Below, one piece after another: positions 28,446 to 32,000 of a stretch of 32,000 bases of DNA. Source of the DNA: Hyperthermus butylicus DSM 5456 (GTDB lineage: Archaea > Thermoproteota > Thermoprotei_A > Sulfolobales > Pyrodictiaceae); assembly GCF_000015145.1 (NCBI RefSeq), contig NC_008818.1, positions 1,020,001-1,052,000 of the forward strand. Reading direction: 5' to 3'. The stretch's first letter is position 1; the number at the start of each line of letters is the position of its first letter. The notes below the pieces were generated by a model that did no database searches, had not been told where the DNA came from, and saw only the letters and a list, made by a program, of their open reading frames with translations. Both the position numbers and the translations under genes were made by a program.

Positions 28446-29750
28446 TTGCCTTTACCTCCTTCCCGCGACGTTCTAGGATATGTTGTTAGGCGAATGTCCA
28501 AAACTATGACGCCTGGTCTCAGCCTCGCCGTGAATGCCAACAATGATATCTATGCGCGTGGCTTCGGCTACCGTAGCCTTGAGAAGGGGTTGCCTGCCAC
28601 GCCCGACACGATATACTGTATCGCTTCCATAACAAAGCCCATTACAGCTGTTGCCGTCATGCAGCTCGTCGAGGCCGGAAAGCTCAGCCTTGACGACCCG
28701 GCCGATAAGTATCTCCCTGTAGAGTTGCGTGTGCGCGGTGAGCCGGTTCGGATATGGCACCTGCTCAGCCATACTAGCGGCATACCCGCGCTTGGCTATG
28801 CCGAGGCCCTTCTGACCGGGTACCTGGGGCTTGACAGACGCTGGCTTCCATTCTCTGAGCCCATGGCTGTGCTTGAATGGCTTGAGCGTGGAGCACGGCG
28901 CTGGGCTGTTGCGACTCCTGGTGAGAGGTTCTTCTACCTCAACGAGGGCTATGTAGCGCTTGGCGTTATCATCGAAAGAGTTTCCGGCGTCAAATTCGAG
29001 GAGTATGTGGAGAGGAACATCTTCAAGCCACTGGGCATGTCCTCGTCAACCCTTGACGCCTCTAGGGCCCAGTCCTCCCCTCTATATGCAACCCCCTACG
29101 ATGCATCCACGACACCGCCACAGCCAGCAATGATTCCCACTGGGATAACAGCTGATGGTGGAGCCTATAGCACCGTGCTAGACCTCGTAAAGTTCATGTC
29201 AATGCTCGCTAACAGGGGGAGGCTAGGTGACACCGAGATATTGTCGCCTAGCAGTGTGGAGGAGATGGAGAAACCGAGGGTCCAGCTACCGAGCCAGATA
29301 TGGGGCAACGACAGCTACGGCCTAGGCCTCATAATATACGATGGGTTCCCCGGTGGACGCCTCGTAGGCCATAGTGGTAGCGTCTACGTGCACACGGGCT
29401 TTGCCGGCTACATCCGCGGCAAGAGTGTTATTGTGAGCGTGCTGGCCAACGCTGACCCGGGCGCGACAACTATAGGCATGGCATTGGCCGCTGACGCTGC
29501 CGGGATTGACTACCATGTGCTGCCAATGGTGAGGGCTGAGGAGGCTGCTGAGAAGCTCGAGGGTATCTACCATGGCTACGAGGGCACGGTGAGGTTCCGG
29601 GTCAAAGCCCTGGGTGACGCCCTGGTCATAGAGAGTCTGAGCCGGCCGGGACTCCAGGAGGTCATGGTGCCAGAGCGCATAGAGCCGCCGGTCTACGAGT
29701 ACACCGTATACCGTGGCGGCCGGAGAATGAAGGCAGTGTTCACCCGTTGA
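28446..29750 (+). CDS. Serine beta-lactamase-fold hydrolase (class C / penicillin-binding-like)
   Basis: SxxK motif in 'YCIASITKPITAVAVMQLVEAGKLSLDDPADKYLP', 'IWHLLSHTSGIPA', YLN as YxN in 'RFFYLNEGYVALGVIIERVSG', 'GHSGSVYVHTGFAG'. Confidence 0.92.
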   Translation: MPLPPSRDVLGYVVRRMSKTMTPGLSLAVNANNDIYARGFGYRSLEKGLPATPDTIYCIASITKPITAVAVMQLVEAGKLSLDDPADKYLPVELRVRGEPVRIWHLLSHTSGIPALGYAEALLTGYLGLDRRWLPFSEPMAVLEWLERGARRWAVATPGERFFYLNEGYVALGVIIERVSGVKFEEYVERNIFKPLGMSSSTLDASRAQSSPLYATPYDASTTPPQPAMIPTGITADGGAYSTVLDLVKFMSMLANRGRLGDTEILSPSSVEEMEKPRVQLPSQIWGNDSYGLGLIIYDGFPGGRLVGHSGSVYVHTGFAGYIRGKSVIVSVLANADPGATTIGMALAADAAGIDYHVLPMVRAEEAAEKLEGIYHGYEGTVRFRVKALGDALVIESLSRPGLQEVMVPERIEPPVYEYTVYRGGRRMKAVFTR

Positions 29751-29836
29751 CCCGGAAACAGGCAAGGTTGAGCTGATCTACGAGAGGTACCGCCTCGTAA
29801 AAGTGGCCGAGGCCAGTGCCGCCGGCGGTGTCTAAC

Positions 29837-31165
29837 ATGTCCCGTTACGCCATAGTATTGGCCGCCGGGCGTGGGGAGAGGCTCTGGCCTCTAACCTCCA
29901 CGAGGCCCAAACCACTGCTACCCCTACCGGGCGGCGAGACACTACTATCGAGAATCATGGGACAGCTTAGACGGCTAGTCGACGGCTTCGTGGTCGTCGT
30001 AGGGCCGGGCTGGGCTGGCGACACGGTTAAGAGGCACCTAGAGGAGAAAGGCTACAGCGTCATCTACGCTGTGCAGGAGAGTCCCCGGGGTACCGGTGAT
30101 GCTGTCCGCGCAGCAGTGGAGAAACTGCCCCGTAGCGTCGACGAGGTCCTCATCGTTTATGGCGACCTCCTAGTGTCGGGCAAGCTTCTCGAGGACGTGG
30201 CTGCTGCTGGTGCACCTGCGTTAGCCGCCAAGAGGCACGAGAGACCATGGGACTATGGCGTGGTAAGGGTTAACGGTAGGGGCTGCCTCTCGGGGCTCGT
30301 GGAGAAGCCAGCCGACGCCAAGCCGGGAGAGCTGGTGAACACTGGAGTCTACCTGCTGCCCAGGGAGATTCTCGAGGAGTCCCTCGAAGTCCTGAAGCCG
30401 AGTCCCCGGGGCGAGCTAGAGTTCACCGATGCCGTGGCACGGATTGCCGGGAAGGCCTGCCTCAGGGTGGTATCTGGAGACTGGCTATGGATGGACGTGG
30501 GGAGGCCATGGGACTTATTTGACGCCTATCGTGCTGTCTGGGAGGAGCGCTTCCCGGGGCTCCGGGAGCCCCTGGTTGAGGGCGAGGTTGAGCCCGGGGC
30601 AACTCTGAAAGGTCCCGTCTACGTCGCCAGGGGCGCTGTTGTGAGGAGCTACAGCTACGTGGAGGGGCCCGCGTGGATAGAGGGCGAGGTGGGCCCCTTT
30701 GCCAGGATTAGGCCGTGGAGCTTCCTCCACCCGGGCAGCAGGGCTGCAACACACACCGAGGTTAAGGCATCAATACTCATGAGGGGTGCCCGGGCTCCAC
30801 ACCTAAACTATGTGGGCGACAGCATCCTCGGCGAAGGCGTAAACCTCGGCGCTGGCACGGTGACTGCGAACCTCCGCTTCGACCATGCAACAGTCAGGAT
30901 GAGGCTTAAGGGGAAACTGGTGGATACTGGGAGAAACAAGCTCGGCGCAATAATCGGCGATTATGCACAGACAGGCATCAATGTCTCGACACTTCCGGGC
31001 TTAAGGATAGGAGCCTACAGCTGGGTCTACCCCGGCATGACTGTGGCAAAGGATGTGCCGGACTGTGTGCTAGCAAGGCCTAAGCCTGGCGGCGGAGTAG
31101 AGTATGTTGATATAGCAGAGCGTGTTGGCTGTCCAGAACACCTGCGGCGTAGCCGTAGGTACTAG
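29837..31165 (+). CDS. Bifunctional sugar-1-phosphate nucleotidylyltransferase/acetyltransferase (GlmU-like); frame open from 29816
   Basis: YAIVLAAGRGERLWPLTSTRPKPLLPLPG, VNTGVYLLP, then left-handed beta-helix hexapeptide C-terminus 'ASILMRGARAPHLNYVGDSILGEGVNLGAGTVTANLRFD'. Confidence 0.92.
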   Translation: MSRYAIVLAAGRGERLWPLTSTRPKPLLPLPGGETLLSRIMGQLRRLVDGFVVVVGPGWAGDTVKRHLEEKGYSVIYAVQESPRGTGDAVRAAVEKLPRSVDEVLIVYGDLLVSGKLLEDVAAAGAPALAAKRHERPWDYGVVRVNGRGCLSGLVEKPADAKPGELVNTGVYLLPREILEESLEVLKPSPRGELEFTDAVARIAGKACLRVVSGDWLWMDVGRPWDLFDAYRAVWEERFPGLREPLVEGEVEPGATLKGPVYVARGAVVRSYSYVEGPAWIEGEVGPFARIRPWSFLHPGSRAATHTEVKASILMRGARAPHLNYVGDSILGEGVNLGAGTVTANLRFDHATVRMRLKGKLVDTGRNKLGAIIGDYAQTGINVSTLPGLRIGAYSWVYPGMTVAKDVPDCVLARPKPGGGVEYVDIAERVGCPEHLRRSRRY

Positions 31166-31842
31166 CCTGTTATTAGGCTGCCAAGCTCTTCTCCAAGCAC
31201 TACCCTTTTCACGTTCTCCGGATCCGAACCATTAACTACTCTTACCGGTATATTGCTCCTCTCAACAATCGATATTGCTACCGGGTCTAGTAGCTCGTAG
31301 CGGCCGGGGCTCATGCTCTGCCTTACAACCCTGCGAAACTCTTCATAGCTTAGCCTCGGTATCAGCTGTGCAGACTTATCCACGGCGGGGTCCGCCGTGT
31401 ATACGCCGTCAACCGTGGTTGCAAGTACGAGAAGCTCTGCCCCGATGGCTTCAGCAACGAGGGCTGCTACGCCGGAGGTGCTCTGGCCAGGTTGGAACCC
31501 GCCAGCCACCACTATGAGCCCGGTGGAGTATGCTTCGAGCAGCTCCCAGATGCTCCTCGGGGGCTCCGGGTAGGCGTTGGGGTGCAGCGCGTAGATTAGG
31601 AGCCGAGCGTTGAGCCTGGAGGCCTCTATGCCGAGGATGTCCTGGAAGCTCTTCCCCAGCCCCAGCTCCCGGGCAGCTTCAATGTAGCGTCTAGCCTCGG
31701 GACCACCGCCGACGACTACTACGAGCCGGTAGCCCACGCTATGTAGCTCATGGAGGACCTGGGCGTAGCGTTTAACGAGCCCGGGCTTCTCCGGGTTGAC
31801 ATACTTTCCGCTAACCTTGATGACTACGGGGCCCTTCGGCAC
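31162..31842 (-). CDS. pyrH: Uridylate kinase (archaeal UMP kinase, amino-acid kinase family)
   Basis: VVIKVSGKYVNPEKPG, VVVVGGGPEARRYIEAARELG, LDILGIEASRLNARLL-type region, ATTVDGVYTADPAVDKSAQLI. Confidence 0.93.
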   Translation of the reverse strand: MPKGPVVIKVSGKYVNPEKPGLVKRYAQVLHELHSVGYRLVVVVGGGPEARRYIEAARELGLGKSFQDILGIEASRLNARLLIYALHPNAYPEPPRSIWELLEAYSTGLIVVAGGFQPGQSTSGVAALVAEAIGAELLVLATTVDGVYTADPAVDKSAQLIPRLSYEEFRRVVRQSMSPGRYELLDPVAISIVERSNIPVRVVNGSDPENVKRVVLGEELGSLITG

Positions 31843-31958
31843 CGGCCACCCAGACGTGTTGGCTCTACCTGGATAGGGCCCTAAAACCCTTACAGCAAAC
31901 AGCGGGCGTAAAGTGACCAGCCCCGTCCGGTAGTATAGGCGGAGCTAGAGGAGCTACG

Positions 31959-32000
31959 GTGACGCTGTTGCGGCTGGTACTCTACATCGAAGCCAGGGAT
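31959..32000 (+). CDS. Possible start of a CDS running off the right edge
   Basis: GTG-initiated open frame reads MTLLRLVLYIEARD...; only 14 codons visible. Confidence 0.25.
   Translation, partial: MTLLRLVLYIEARD

Overview
This window looks like a gene-dense chromosomal segment of a hyperthermophilic crenarchaeon. The evidence is GTG/TTG starts, tightly packed genes, archaeal-type protein families and a tRNA with a bulge-helix-bulge intron; a Pyrodictiaceae-like host is my inference only. I found no CRISPR array, rRNA, phage or IS element. Recognisable genes: TusA-like (partial), NarI-like membrane protein, SPFH/stomatin, FlK-like thioesterase, upp, DUF998-like protein, MoaD-like protein, nitroreductase, cutA, psiE-like, sufC with sufB/D, DUF1646 transporter, tandem USP, ABC-class ATPase, mobA-like, hypE, pdxS-pdxT, a threonine-synthase-like/wHTH protein, beta-lactamase-fold hydrolase, GlmU-like nucleotidyltransferase and pyrH. 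Three tRNAs are present: Arg-CCT, intron-containing Lys-CTT and Ile-GAT, all with encoded CCA. The best lead is the gene directly after pdxST (26681-27841). It has a zinc ribbon and threonine-synthase fold, but the PLP-Schiff-base lysine (GSFKDR) reads GSYADR. The substrate and phosphate loops are also eroded, and a winged-helix-like C-terminus is attached. It could be a repurposed vitamin B6 sensor or regulator. Second is a 32-nt non-canonical intron in the variable loop of tRNA-Lys(CTT). Others are a 24-bp perfect palindrome and second hairpin upstream of tRNA-Ile, a structured pdxS leader, a MoaD-like protein lacking the C-terminal GG, and several decayed genes (MFS, endonuclease-IV-like TIM barrel, possible PaREP1/HEPN-like). 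No database search was run; all family calls are from sequence motif recognition.
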